Source: Thermoanaerobaculaceae bacterium (GTDB lineage: Bacteria; Acidobacteriota; Thermoanaerobaculia; Multivoradales; UBA5704). From it: a stretch of DNA of 64,000 bases. Position numbers and translations under genes: made by a program. Location of the stretch: positions 53,302 through 117,301 of the forward strand of contig CAWAUI010000003.1 of NCBI GenBank assembly GCA_963785165.1. Reading direction: 5' to 3'. The notes below the pieces were generated by a model. It did not search any database. It worked only from the letters and a program-made list of their open reading frames with translations, and was not told where the DNA came from. The first letter of the stretch is position 1, and every line of letters begins with the position of its first letter. Positions 38,551 through 48,961 of this stretch are shown here, in pieces.

Positions 38551-39888
38551 ATGGGAATGAAGAGGGGTTGCCTTCTCGCGTTGCTGCAACTCGGGGCTCT
38601 GATCGGCCTCTACTACCTGATCTTCCATGGCCGGCTCATTCCGCCGGCCGACCTGATCGGCGCTCTTGGGGGCGGGTTTGGTCTCCTGCTGGTCATCGGC
38701 GCTTTCCGCAACGCCTGGTCGGCGCGGAAAGGCCGCGCCCTGCTCGACCTTGCCTTTACCGGAGCCCCCTTGGAGGACGGCCGGCGGATCGCGGTCGTCG
38801 GCCCCATCCTGGCTCTGGGCGCGCCGATCGCGGCGCCCTTCAGCGATTCTCCCTGCGTGGGCTGCTCCTGGGACGTTTCCCATAAGAACACGAGCCCGGC
38901 TTCCAACGCCAAGAATCAAGACGTCAAGGATTTCTCGGGCTTCGTCATGACGCCCGGCGTTGTTCAGGCCCCTACCGGCAATGTCCGTATCCTGGGCTTT
39001 CCCGTGCTTGAGGGCTTCCCGAAGGAAGTCAGGCGCGGCGACGCGGCGTTCAAGCGGGCACGGGCCTACCTGGAATCCGCGTCCTTCGAGACGATCGGTG
39101 TCTCCAACGCCTTCTCCGAGATCGAGGATCTGATTCTGGATGGGGATGGCCGGATTCGCAAAGACTGGCGGATGGCCGGCGAGGAATTCCGGCTGGATCC
39201 CAACCTGCACACCCTCAACGAGCAGGTCGTCAAGGATGGCCAGATGGTCTGTGCTTTCGGTCTCTATTCGGCCGAGAAAGCCGCACTCGTCTCGGGCTAT
39301 GGCCGGGGAGGCGTGGGGATCAAGCTGATACAGGGGAGCGGTGAGTCGGCCAGGAACATCCTCTCCACGAAATTCTGGCAATACCTCATGGCAGGCGTAA
39401 TTCTCTTCCTCGTCACGCACTACCTACTGATGCATCTGGTTCTCCTCCACAAGGTGCCGAGCGCGGCGGAGCTGGAAGAGGCCCTTGGAGCTGTCCTGTT
39501 TCAGGCTGTCAAGGACGAAGACATGGCAGCCGTCACGGCCGCGCTGGACACCGGCTTCGATCCCGACGCGAGGGATGAGCAGGGCAATACGCCCTTGATG
39601 GTGGCGGAAGACCCTCGCGTAGCCCGCCGTCTGATCAGTGCCGGCGCCGATGTCAACGCCCGAAATGCAAACGGCTCGACGCCGCTCATCGAGGCGGCGA
39701 AGTACTGCCACCTCGAAGTAGTCCGTCTGCTACTGCAGTCCGGTGCCGATGTGAACGCCAGGGACGAAAAAGCTGAGAACGTCACGGCTCTCGATTGGGC
39801 CCATATCTGGGGTCCCGACGATGAGAATTACGAAGAGGTGGTCAAGGTCTTGCGCGAAGCAGGCGGCGTCGAGGCCCGGTCTCGCTGA
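38551..39888 (+). CDS. Membrane protein: 2 TM + ~230-aa domain (GIDE-like?) + TM + 3 ankyrin repeats (paralogue 1)
   Basis: TMs LLALLQLGALIGLYYLIF, LIGALGGGFGLLLVIGAF and FWQYLMAGVILFLVTHYLLMHLVLL. ANK repeats GNTPLMVAEDPRVARRLISAGADVNARNANGSTPLIEAAKYCHLEVVRLLLQSGADVNARD. Intact ORF. Confidence 0.75.
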   Translation: MGMKRGCLLALLQLGALIGLYYLIFHGRLIPPADLIGALGGGFGLLLVIGAFRNAWSARKGRALLDLAFTGAPLEDGRRIAVVGPILALGAPIAAPFSDSPCVGCSWDVSHKNTSPASNAKNQDVKDFSGFVMTPGVVQAPTGNVRILGFPVLEGFPKEVRRGDAAFKRARAYLESASFETIGVSNAFSEIEDLILDGDGRIRKDWRMAGEEFRLDPNLHTLNEQVVKDGQMVCAFGLYSAEKAALVSGYGRGGVGIKLIQGSGESARNILSTKFWQYLMAGVILFLVTHYLLMHLVLLHKVPSAAELEEALGAVLFQAVKDEDMAAVTAALDTGFDPDARDEQGNTPLMVAEDPRVARRLISAGADVNARNANGSTPLIEAAKYCHLEVVRLLLQSGADVNARDEKAENVTALDWAHIWGPDDENYEEVVKVLREAGGVEARSR

Positions 39889-39905
39889 GCGGCGGTATAA
39901 GACGC

Positions 39906-41234
39906 ATGAAAAAGTTTTTCCTTTTCTGGTTGCTGCTGCTCGTGGTTCTGGCAGGCCTCTACTACCTGGCGCTCCGCGGCCAGGTCAGCTCGCCGGCCGA
40001 CTGGCTGGGCGCTCTCGGAGGCGGGGCCGCCCTCACGCTCGTGACCGGCGCCTTCCACAACGCCTGGTCGGCGCGCAAGGGGCGCGTCCTGCTCGACCGA
40101 ACCCTCACCGGAGCCCCTTACGAGGACGGCAAGCAGACCGCGGCCGTCGGCCCCATTCTGGCCCTGGGCTCGCCGGTGTACGCCCCCTTTAGCGGGGAGC
40201 CCTGCGTTCTCTGCAGTTGGAGAATCACCCACGAGGTCCCGATTGACGAGCACGAGCCCGAGGAAGGCAAAAAGCATATCGAAGATTTTTCGGGTTTCAT
40301 CATGGCGCCCTGCGTGGTTCAGGACCCCGCGGGCAACGTCCGCCTCCTGGACTTGCCCACGATCGCGGGGTTCCCGGCGGAGGTTCGGCGCGGCAAGGGG
40401 GATTTCCAGCGGGCTCGGGAGTACCTGCAATCGGCCTCCTTTGAAAAAGCGAGCCTCGTCAAGCTCATCTCCGAGGAGCTGGCCGCGGACGAGGCGGGCT
40501 GCTTCCGCAAGGACTGGCGGGAGGCCGGCGACGATTTCCGGCTGGATCCCAAGGACCACACTCTCACGGAATATGTCGTCCGGGATGACGAGACCGTCTG
40601 CGCCATCGGCATCTATTCGGCCCAAAGACAGGGTCTCGTCTCCGGCAAGATCCGGGAAAGCGCACGGATCAAGCTGATCCAGGGAGACAGCGCAGCGGCC
40701 CGAAAAAACCTTGCAAAGACCTTTTGGAAGTATTCCGTGGGGGGGGGCCTGTTTCTCATTTTCACCCATGCCATGCTGTTCCACTACGCCGATCGCAACA
40801 AGGTGCAGGCCCCGGTCGAGTCGAAAGAGGCCCGGGATTACGCCTTGTTTCAGGCCGTCGGGAAAGGGGACCTGGCGGCCGTCACCGCGGCGCTCGACGC
40901 CGGGCTCGATCCCAACGCGCGGGATGAGGGGAACTACACACCCTTGATGGTGGTGGACGACCCGCGGGTCGCCCGCCGGCTCCTCCTGGCCGGCGCCGAC
41001 GTCAACGTCCGCGGCCTGGACGGCCACACGCCGCTCATTGAGGCCGCGAGGAGTTGCAAGCTCGAAGTGGTCCGGCTGCTCCTCCAGGCCGGTGCCGCCG
41101 TCCAGGCCCGCGACCCCGCGTCGAACCGCACCGCCCTGGAGTGGACTGAGGACTGCTACCCTCAGGGCGACGAGAGGCATGAAGAAGTGGTGAAGGCCCT
41201 GCGTGAGGCCGGGGCCAGGGAAAAGTCTCGCTGA
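39906..41234 (+). CDS. Membrane protein: 2 TM + GIDE-like? domain + TM + ankyrin repeats (paralogue 2)
   Basis: Colinear with 38551-39888: FHNAWSARKGRVLLD, APFSGEPCVLCSW, DFSGFIMAPCVVQDPAGNVRLL, FRLDPKDHTL, ANK C-terminus. Lies 17 bp downstream of paralogue 1. Confidence 0.75.
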   Translation: MKKFFLFWLLLLVVLAGLYYLALRGQVSSPADWLGALGGGAALTLVTGAFHNAWSARKGRVLLDRTLTGAPYEDGKQTAAVGPILALGSPVYAPFSGEPCVLCSWRITHEVPIDEHEPEEGKKHIEDFSGFIMAPCVVQDPAGNVRLLDLPTIAGFPAEVRRGKGDFQRAREYLQSASFEKASLVKLISEELAADEAGCFRKDWREAGDDFRLDPKDHTLTEYVVRDDETVCAIGIYSAQRQGLVSGKIRESARIKLIQGDSAAARKNLAKTFWKYSVGGGLFLIFTHAMLFHYADRNKVQAPVESKEARDYALFQAVGKGDLAAVTAALDAGLDPNARDEGNYTPLMVVDDPRVARRLLLAGADVNVRGLDGHTPLIEAARSCKLEVVRLLLQAGAAVQARDPASNRTALEWTEDCYPQGDERHEEVVKALREAGAREKSR

Positions 41235-41277
41235 CCCGTCCCGATGTAGGATCTTTGCCGAGGAGGATTTCACCGTC

Positions 41278-42039
41278 ATGCTCGAAACCATCGACCACGG
41301 ACCCGTCCGTGAGATCCGGATGAACCGGCCGCCGGTCAACGCCCTGTCCCCCGAGCTGATCGCCGCCCTGCGCGAGGCGGTTGAGAAGGCCCCGGGAGAC
41401 GGCGTCCGCGCCCTGGTCCTCTCCGGCACGCCCGGCCGCTTTTCCGGCGGGCTCGACGTGCCGTTCCTGATTCAATTGGAACGCGACGCGATCGCGGCCA
41501 CCTGGCGGGATCTCTACCGTCTCATGGGCGCCCTCGCCACCTCACCCATCCCCGTGGTTGCGGCCATCACCGGCCACAGCCCGGCCGGCGGCGCCGTGCT
41601 CGGCATCTTCTGCGACACCCGTTTCATGGCTCAAGCACCCGAGGGTGATTTCAAGATCGGCCTCAACGAGGTCCAGGTAGGAATCCCTCTCCCGCCCATC
41701 ATCTTCCGCGCCTTCCGCCGTCTGATTGGGCCGCGCCAGGCCGAGCGCCTCGCCGTGAGCGGCACGCTGATCTCCGGAGCCAAGGCCCGGGACATCGGCC
41801 TCGTAGACGAGCTGGTGCCCGCCGACCGGGTCGTGGAAAGGGCTGTTGAATGGTGCAACGGCCTCCTCGCCTTGCCCCCCCACGCCATGGCCATCACCCG
41901 CCAGACCTCCCGGGCCGATCTCGCCGCGATGTTCGGCGAGACGGAGGAGGAGCTGGCGGGCTTGGTGGATATGTGGTTCAGCGAGGAGACGCAGCGGGTG
42001 CTGAAGGTGGTTGTGGAACGGCTGACGAAGAAGAAATAG
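41278..42039 (+). CDS. Enoyl-CoA hydratase/isomerase family protein
   Basis: MLETIDHGPVREIRMNRPPVNALSPELIAAL...LVLSGTPGRFSGGLDV...VVAAITGHSPAGGAVLGIFCD. Confidence 0.85.
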   Translation: MLETIDHGPVREIRMNRPPVNALSPELIAALREAVEKAPGDGVRALVLSGTPGRFSGGLDVPFLIQLERDAIAATWRDLYRLMGALATSPIPVVAAITGHSPAGGAVLGIFCDTRFMAQAPEGDFKIGLNEVQVGIPLPPIIFRAFRRLIGPRQAERLAVSGTLISGAKARDIGLVDELVPADRVVERAVEWCNGLLALPPHAMAITRQTSRADLAAMFGETEEELAGLVDMWFSEETQRVLKVVVERLTKKK

Positions 42040-42865
42040 CCGCTTTTCGCCGCAACCCCCGCCACGCCGCAAACAACGGCAGGAACAACCCCAGCGCGCA
42101 CACGATCGCCGGCCCGCTGGGGAAGTCCACCTTGTAGGACGCGATCAGCCCGACGGCGCTCGCCAGGAAGCCGGTCGCCCAGGCGATGCCGATCCGCTTC
42201 CCCCAGTGCTCGCTGCTGCCGAGGGCGACGATGGCCGGGGCCACCAGGTAGGCGAACACCATCAGCACGCCCGCGATCTCCACCGACAGCGTGATGATCA
42301 CGCCGAAGGAGAGGTAGAAGAGGAAGTCCCACATCCGCACGTTGATCCCCGAGCGGTACGCTTCGTCGGGGTTTTCCGTGATCAGGATGAACTTCTTGCG
42401 GAAGGCGTAGTGGAAGAGGCCCACCGCCGAATAGATCACGAGATCCTTGACCACCACCGGCCAGGTGACCCACAGGATGGCGCCCGCCAGCAGCTCCTTG
42501 ATGTGCTCGGCCCCTTCCGGCGCCCGGTCCGCGATGAGGATGGCGGAGGCCAAGGCGATCACGTAGGTGATGCCGATGAGGGCCTCCTGCGGCACTTTCG
42601 AATCGTGCCGGCGCGAGCGCGTGAGGCTGAAGATGAAGGCTCCGAACACCGTGGCCCCGAGCGAATAGCCGAACGAGGCCAGGGTGCCCGGCTCGTGCCC
42701 CCGCACCAGGGCCACCACGGCTCCCAGCCCCGCGATCTGGGCGAGCGCCAGGTCCACGAAGATCACCTGGCGCCGCAGCACGTGCAGGCCCAGGTAGCCG
42801 TGGGGATGCCGACGAGGATGAGCATGCGCGAACGGGCCGGCCATGAACTGCAACGTTACAAGCAT
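41978..42865 (-). CDS. ABC-3 family metal (Zn/Mn/Fe) transporter permease
   Basis: VLRRQVIFVDLALAQIAGLGA...ALIGITYVIALASAILI...LLAGAILWVTW...YLSFGVIITLSVEIAGVLMVFAYLVAPA. Likely indels near the N-terminus and possibly at the stop. The ORF tail overlaps the convergent gene by 60 nt. Confidence 0.8.
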   Translation of the reverse strand: MLVTLQFMAGPFAHAHPRRHPHGYLGLHVLRRQVIFVDLALAQIAGLGAVVALVRGHEPGTLASFGYSLGATVFGAFIFSLTRSRRHDSKVPQEALIGITYVIALASAILIADRAPEGAEHIKELLAGAILWVTWPVVVKDLVIYSAVGLFHYAFRKKFILITENPDEAYRSGINVRMWDFLFYLSFGVIITLSVEIAGVLMVFAYLVAPAIVALGSSEHWGKRIGIAWATGFLASAVGLIASYKVDFPSGPAIVCALGLFLPLFAAWRGLRRKAAISSSSAVPQPPSAPAASPR

Positions 42866-42886
42866 GGGACCCCCCTGTGAAGGCAT

Positions 42887-43920
42887 CTAGGAATAAGCCT
42901 CGGCCAGCTTGCTCACCCAGAGATCGATCATTTTGAAATAGGCGCCGGCCGCCGCGCTGTCCGGCCCGAGCGGCACGACCACCGCCTTGGCCCCGGTCCG
43001 CTCCGCGATGGCCTGCACCTGGGAGGGATCGGATACCGGGCGCCATGACGACCCGGATCTTGTCGCTTTTCATCAGCTCGATCAGCTCGTGCACGTGCTT
43101 GGCCGACGGGGGAATCCCCGCCTTGGGCTCCACGTCTCCCGCCACCACGAGGCCGAAGAGGTCGGAGAAATACGTCCAGTTCTTGTGATAGGTCACAACC
43201 TTCTGGTTGCGGAAGGCCATTCCCTTGCCGAGCCAGCCGCCGAGCAGGGTGATCAGCTTCTGTCCCTTGTAGTCCTTGGATTGCAGGAAGGGGATCAGCT
43301 TCCCTGGCGGGCCAGGGGATCGAGCGTTTGCGCACCGAGGATCCGCGGGAGCTGGTCGCCGTCGAGCAGGCGGTCCGTCTGGCTTTGGAAAGCCTTCAGG
43401 TTCTGATCGTAGGCGGCGGCGTTCGCGGGGTCGATCCGCTTCAATCCACCCGCGATGTTCCCCGCGATGATCTTCGCGTTCCGAGCGGGCTGGTGGAGAT
43501 GTGCGGATTGCCGTAAATGTGGATGTCGCCCGCGGCCCGGCTCAGGCTGGTGGGCACCTCCGCGAGCGGCACGCCGCGGCTGGCGTTGACGAAGCCCGGC
43601 TGGCCGTCGCGGATCTTGGGGTTCCCCGACTTGTCCACCAGCACCGGCGCCCACAGCTCGAGGTCGAGCCCGGTGGTGACGAAGAGGTCCGCCTCCTTGA
43701 GCATCAGGGCGTAGGAGGGTTTGGGCTTGACGAAATGCGCGTCCTCGTCCCCGCGCGAGATGGAGCGCGACTGCACGAGGTTGCCGCCCACGGCCTGGGC
43801 GATGGACGCGTAGGCGGGGAGGGTGGTGACGACCTGGAGAGGCGCCGCCGCCGCCACTTCTGGAGAGATGGCCAGCGCTGGAAGCGCGAAAGCCAGGAAT
43901 AGAAAGAATAGTTTCCGCAT
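42887..43920 (-). CDS. Metal ABC transporter substrate-binding protein (ZnuA/TroA family); at least 3 frameshifts
   Basis: Signal peptide MRKLFFLFLAFALPALA. VVTTLPAYASIAQAVGG...GDEDAHFVKPKPS...DLFVTTGLDLELW...DIHIYGNPH...VVTYHKNWTYFSDLFGL...PSAKHVHELIELMKSDKIRVV...GAYFKMIDLWVSKLAEAYS-stop. Confidence 0.8.
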
Positions 43921-43930
43921 GGGGATGCTC

Positions 43931-45235
43931 CTAGTAGGTCTCATGCTTGTGCGGTCCGGCGGCCCAGGTGAGCTGGAGAGTGAAACGTTTCTCTTCACCG
44001 CCGGTCGAGCCGTCCTTGAGGAATCCGAATTCGCCGCGCAGGCGGACGAACTCGCTCTGCCAGCCAGGTAATGTTGGGGAACACGCCCCAGCGCACGTGA
44101 TCGGGGTCGAGGGGATCCTCCACCCGGTCATACCGCACGCCGCCATAAAGGTTCTGAGCGAGCAGGCCCTCCACGTAGGAGTAGCCGCCCCGGCGTCGTG
44201 GCGGGTTCCTTCCTCGTCGTCGCGCTCCGAGCGCAGCAGCTCCGTGCGCCAGGTCACCTCGCGGTACTTGGCCCGCGTGGGGGGCTGCCAGTGCAGGGTG
44301 AAGTCCGCTCCCCAAACGCGGCTCTGGCCGCCGGAGCCCTTATTTCCACCAGTACTTCCGTCGATTCCGGAAAGCCCCAGCTCCGCGTAGGTGGGGGTCC
44401 GTTCACATCCCAGAAATTCTTGAGATGGGCGAGCCCCACCAGGCGCCGGAAGCTCTCGCCGCCGAAGGCCTCGCTCTCGCCGTCCGTGAGCTGGAGGGTC
44501 AGCTCGTTGGCCGAAGCCCACGGGTGGGGGAGGAGCCAGGGAGGCGGAGAGGCCCGTCTGCGCCAGCCCTTCCTCGCCGAAGTAGGTCTGGAGGGCGAGC
44601 GGATAATCGATTTGCGGCAGGGCGTGGAGGTGGTAGCGGTTGAGCACGCCCAGCTCCTGGCGGAACTTGCCGGCGAGGTGAGCGTCAGCCCCCCGGGGAG
44701 GCCCGTGTGGGACGTTCCCCTCCCTCGATGTCCACCCCCTCCTCGGGCGAGAACGACAGCGTCCACTTGGTCAGCGAGTAGGGGTCGAGCGCGCTCTGCA
44801 CGTTCAGCTCGAACTCGCGGCCGTTGAAATCCTCCCGGCCTTGATTGGTCGCGATGCCGACGAGATCTCCGGTCATCGAGATCTCCGGGTTCAAACGGTT
44901 CAGGTTGCGCTCGTTGCCGAACGAAATCTCACCGCCAGGAGGTGTCGGTACGGGTCCGCCGGACGCGGTGGCCGTCGCTCCGGACGGCGCCTGCCCGGCG
45001 GACTCCTCGGCGGCGGCGCGCAGGGCGGCCAATTCGTCATCTTCGGTCTGTGCAGGGGTCTGAGCGGGCGTGAGCTCGGCGAGACGCTCTCTCCAACGCC
45101 GAGATGCGCTCCTCATAAGCGCTCCTCAGTCTTCGATCTCTTTTCTGAGCGTGGCGACGTCGTCCGGTCCCTGCGGTTCCTGCGCCCGCGCCAAGGGCGG
45201 GGCAGAGCAGAAGGACGACGACCGCGCATGCGCCC
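43931..45235 (-). CDS. Putative outer-membrane beta-barrel (porin-like) protein linked to the metal ABC genes; heavily frameshifted
   Basis: Fragments: coiled-coil N-terminus (RSAYEERISALERRLAELTPAQ), NLNRLNPEISMTGDLVG..., alternating beta-strand-like text, and C-terminus FTLQLTWAAGPHKHETY. The start is not resolved. Confidence 0.4.
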
Positions 45236-45805
45236 CAGGGTCCAACAACGAGTCCAATAACGGCAGCAACGGGTCCAACAACGGATCCAATAACGGGTAC
45301 CCATGGGAATCCTCTCCAAAAGCAGCCTTCCGCGCCCCAATGCGCGAAGGGTTCAGGGGGAGATCAGGCGGAGAGGAGAGAAGCCGGAGGAGCCCGCGCG
45401 GGGCCGAGGAGGGAGCTGTCCTGGGAGGAAGCGACTGTCACCGGCGCCACGGCACGGACGCCGGGCGTGAGCGGCGGGAGGGGGAGGGGAGCGGGACCGG
45501 GAACGGTCCGCGTCGCCATTTGCAGCAGGCAGGCCACGCAGCCGGGATGGACCTCCATCTCGGCGCGCTGCTCGATGTGGGCGGGATCTCCAGGGTGGAC
45601 CGCGCTCTGGGAGACCTCGACGCTCGCGGCCCCCCCCAAGCCGGTCCACCGCCATGTCGTGCGGCACCATCCCGTCGAACACCATGCCGAGGAAGGCGGC
45701 CGGCGCGGGCAGGGCGCGCCACCCGGCGATCGGTCGATGGGACGTGCGGGTTCTCATAAGGCGGTGTGCGGGGGTACTACCTCATGGTAACAGGATTTTC
45801 CGGCC

Positions 45806-46488
45806 CTACATTTCCGCCCACTGCCGGATCAAGTTGTGATAAATCCCTGTGAGCTGCACGGCCGTGGGAGCGCCGGCTTTTCACGCTCGATGCTCTGAAT
45901 GGCGGCGTCGAGGTCGAACAGCAGGGTGCGCTGGCCGTCGTCACGGATCATGCTTTGGATCCAGAAAAAGGAGCAGACGCGCGCCCCCCGGGTCACGGGG
46001 CGCACGTGGTGCAGACTGGTGGAAGGGTAGAGCACCAGGTGGCCGGCGGGGAGCTTGACGCTGTGCATGCCATAGGTGTCCTCCACCATCAGCTCGCCGC
46101 CTTCGTATTCGTCCGGACCGGTGAAGAACAGCGTCGCCGAGAGGTCCGTGCGGATGCAGGTGCGCGGCGTGCCCGGCACCTGGCGGATCGAGTTGTCCAC
46201 GTGGGTGCCGAACGACTGCCCGCCCTGGTAGCGGTTGAACAAGGGCGGGAAAATGTGCAGCGGCAGGGCAGCGGTGATGAACAGCGGGTTGCGTTGAAGG
46301 GCGGCGAGCACCATCTGCCCCAGCTCGCGCGCCGCCGGGCTCCCCTCGGGCAACTGCATGTTGTCTTTCGCCCGGGCCGACTGGTGGCCGGCGGTCACCC
46401 GGCCGTCCACCCAGTCGGTGGTGTCGAGGATCTGGCGCCCCTTCGCCACTTCCTCACCGGTCAGTACGTCGGGAATCGGTAAAAGCAT
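45806..46488 (-). CDS. Fe(II)/2-oxoglutarate-dependent hydroxylase PiuC/YbiX-like; one frameshift ~45.85 kb
   Basis: [14 protein letters not shown]...[16 protein letters not shown]...[29 protein letters not shown]. The C-terminus is restored as ...[22 protein letters not shown]-stop (stop at 45806-45808). Confidence 0.8.
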
Positions 46489-46517
46489 CGGGCGTCTCCT
46501 GGCGCGTCGTTACGTTT

Positions 46518-48961
46518 CTAGAAATTCGAACCGGTCGTCAATGCCACCGAGCGGCCGGGGCCGGGCACGAAATGCCCGCCCGACAAGCGGTCGATATACC
46601 GTTCGCCGGTGAGATTGTTGACGTTCAGCCGGAAGCTGAGGAGCTGGTTCAAGGGGTACGAGACCATGGCGTCATAGAGCGTGTAGGAAGGCGCCACGCG
46701 GATCGTCGTGGTGCTGTTCTTGCGTTCCCCCACATACTGGCCGCCGGCGCCCACCTCCACGCCCCGGGGCAGGCGGTACGTCGTCCACAGGCTGATCGAA
46801 TGGTCCGGCGTGTTGGCGAATTCGTTCCCCACTTCCACGGCGGTGTTCGACTTCGTGATTTTGCTTTTCAAGAAGGTGTAGCTGAAGGAGGTGGACCACC
46901 GCTCGGTGAGGTTGCCCGTCGGCCGACTCGAGGCCCCGGATCCGCTGCTCGCCCTGGAGCACCGTTGCCGGATCGCCGGGATTGAGGCCGGGCGTCTTGG
47001 CGTTCACCTTTTCCGTCTGGAAGACCGCCGCGGTGAGTCCTAACCGGTTGGTGGGGAAGTCCCACTTGGTCCCCAGCTCATAGCTCCGGCTCTTTTCGGG
47101 CTCGAGGTTTTCCGTGGCCGCGGTCAGGGTCAACGACGCGCCCGCTTCCGCGGAAGGATTGAACGACGTGCCGGCCGCCAGATAAATACTGCCGTTCGGC
47201 CGCGGTTTGTTGATAATGCGGCCCGCCAGCTGACCTGCTCGTCCGTGCGGCTGAACGGCGTCTTCGCCCCCCCCACGGCCACGGAGTCGAAGTCAATGCC
47301 GAAGCGGTCCCAGCGCAGGCCGCCGTTAGCCCATGTCTCGCCGAGCTTCACGGTATCGGCCACGTACACCGCGGCCGTCTCGGCGGTGCTCTCCGTCCGT
47401 GCGCCGGTGCGCGTCACCGGACCGGAGAAAGGATCCCTCGGATGGGGATCGAAAAGATCCGCATTGGGGGCGGCGGGAGCCGTGCGGGCGTGGTTTTCCG
47501 ACGTCTCTCGCGTCAGCTCGGTGCCGGCCACGAAAGCATGATCGATCGAGCCGGTGGCGAAGCGGAACGTCAGATCGTTCTGCTGCGCCACGATCGAATC
47601 GTCCTGATCGCGCGATTGGAATTCGCGGCGGATCACCGTGCTGTCCGTGCTGAGGAAACGCGGCGAGGTCGTGATCGCGTCGCGGCTCGATTCGCCGTAC
47701 CGCACGAGGCTCCGCAGCGTCACCGAGTCGTTGAAGTCGTGCTCCACCACTCCCGTGGCGATGCTGGTGACCGTTTCCTCATAGTCCCGGCTCGTGATGC
47801 CATAAAAGTTGTCGAAATCCACCGGCGCCGGCTTGTTGGCATACGCCGCCAGCGGCACGTTGGTGGCGGGCACCCAGGGGATTCCGTGATCGGGAACGTT
47901 GTCCTGCTGGAGGCGGGAGAAGGAAACCGTCGTGCGCGTGGGTGTGTCGAGGCCGAAAGCGATTGACGGCGCGATCCCCCAGCGTTCGTTCTCCACGGCG
48001 TCGCGGCCCGGAACGTCCGCGTGCGTCCACATGCCGTTGAGGCGGAACGCCGCGCCCTCGACGTTTTCGAGCGGCTGGTTCAAGTCCACCGTGGCGCGGC
48101 CGAACCGATCGGAACCGCCGGAAATGCCGGCGTCACGGAACGCATTGAGGTTCGGCGTCTTGGTGGCCAGGTTGACCGAGCCCCCCGTCGAGCCGTGCCC
48201 CACGTAGAGCGAGCCCGGCCCCTTGGCCACCTCGACCTGCTCGACGTTGAAGGGGTCCCGCGTGTACGCGCCGAAGTCGCGCACGCCGTCCACGAAAATG
48301 TCGTTCTGGGCGGCAAAACCGCGGATCGAAAGGTTGTCCCCCTGAATGCTGCCCCCCTCTCCGGCCTGAATGCTGATGCCGGTGACGTTGCGCAGCACCT
48401 CGCGCAGCGTCGTGGCGCCCCGCTGCTCGATCACGCTGTGCGGCACCACGGTGATCGACTGCGGCGTATCCCGCAAAGGCGCCGTGTATTTGGGAGACAT
48501 GGGGGCCGCGGGTGCCGTCACGTCGAGCGTTTGAGAAAGCGGCGGCAGCTCGATCATCACCGTATCGGGAGCCGTAAAGCGATAGGTCACGCCCGTGCCG
48601 GCGAGCAGCTCCTGCAAGGCTTTTTCGATCGGGAAGGTCCCCTTCACGCGGACGTTCCCAAGTCCCGGATCTCCTCGTCCGCCACCTCCACGTGCAGGCC
48701 CGTGGCCTGAGCAAATCTTTCCAAAGCCTCGCCCAGCGGTCCCCCCGGAAGATCGAAGGCGCGGGCCGGCAGCGCCGGCGCGGGGCCCGCTCCGAAATAG
48801 GACAGCGCGTTCCCCGTCTCCCGGGCTTCCGCGCTCAACGCCGGCCGCGCGCTCAATGCCGTGGAGGCCAGCGCGCCCAACACCAGCCAGCGCGGAGGCT
48901 TGCCGTTCCCGCGATGCCCGCGGTCCTTGCCCTTCCGGTGACCTTTGTCTCTCGCCTTCAT
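46518..48961 (-). CDS. TonB-dependent siderophore-type receptor with N-terminal STN signalling domain; several frameshifts
   Basis: STN domain FDLPGGPLGEALERFAQATGLHVEVADEEI.../VKGTFPIEKALQELLAGTGVTYRF. Plug TVVPHSVIEQRGATTLREVLRNVTGISIQAGEGG...IRGF. Barrel C-terminus ...ALTTGSNF. Confidence 0.8.

Noticed and set aside
41978-42039. 60-nt convergent overlap of the permease and enoyl-CoA hydratase ORFs as an antisense regulatory arrangement.
   Set aside because: The permease gene shows indels elsewhere. Its natural stop has probably been lost by a frame error, so the overlap is likely an artefact.
45070-45759. Plus-strand 229-aa ORF with a GSNNESNNGSNGSNNGSNNG repeat.
   Set aside because: The rest of the ORF is low-complexity text. 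The region is better explained as the 5' end/upstream of the minus-strand porin-like gene plus a 12-bp tandem repeat. No coding support on the plus strand.
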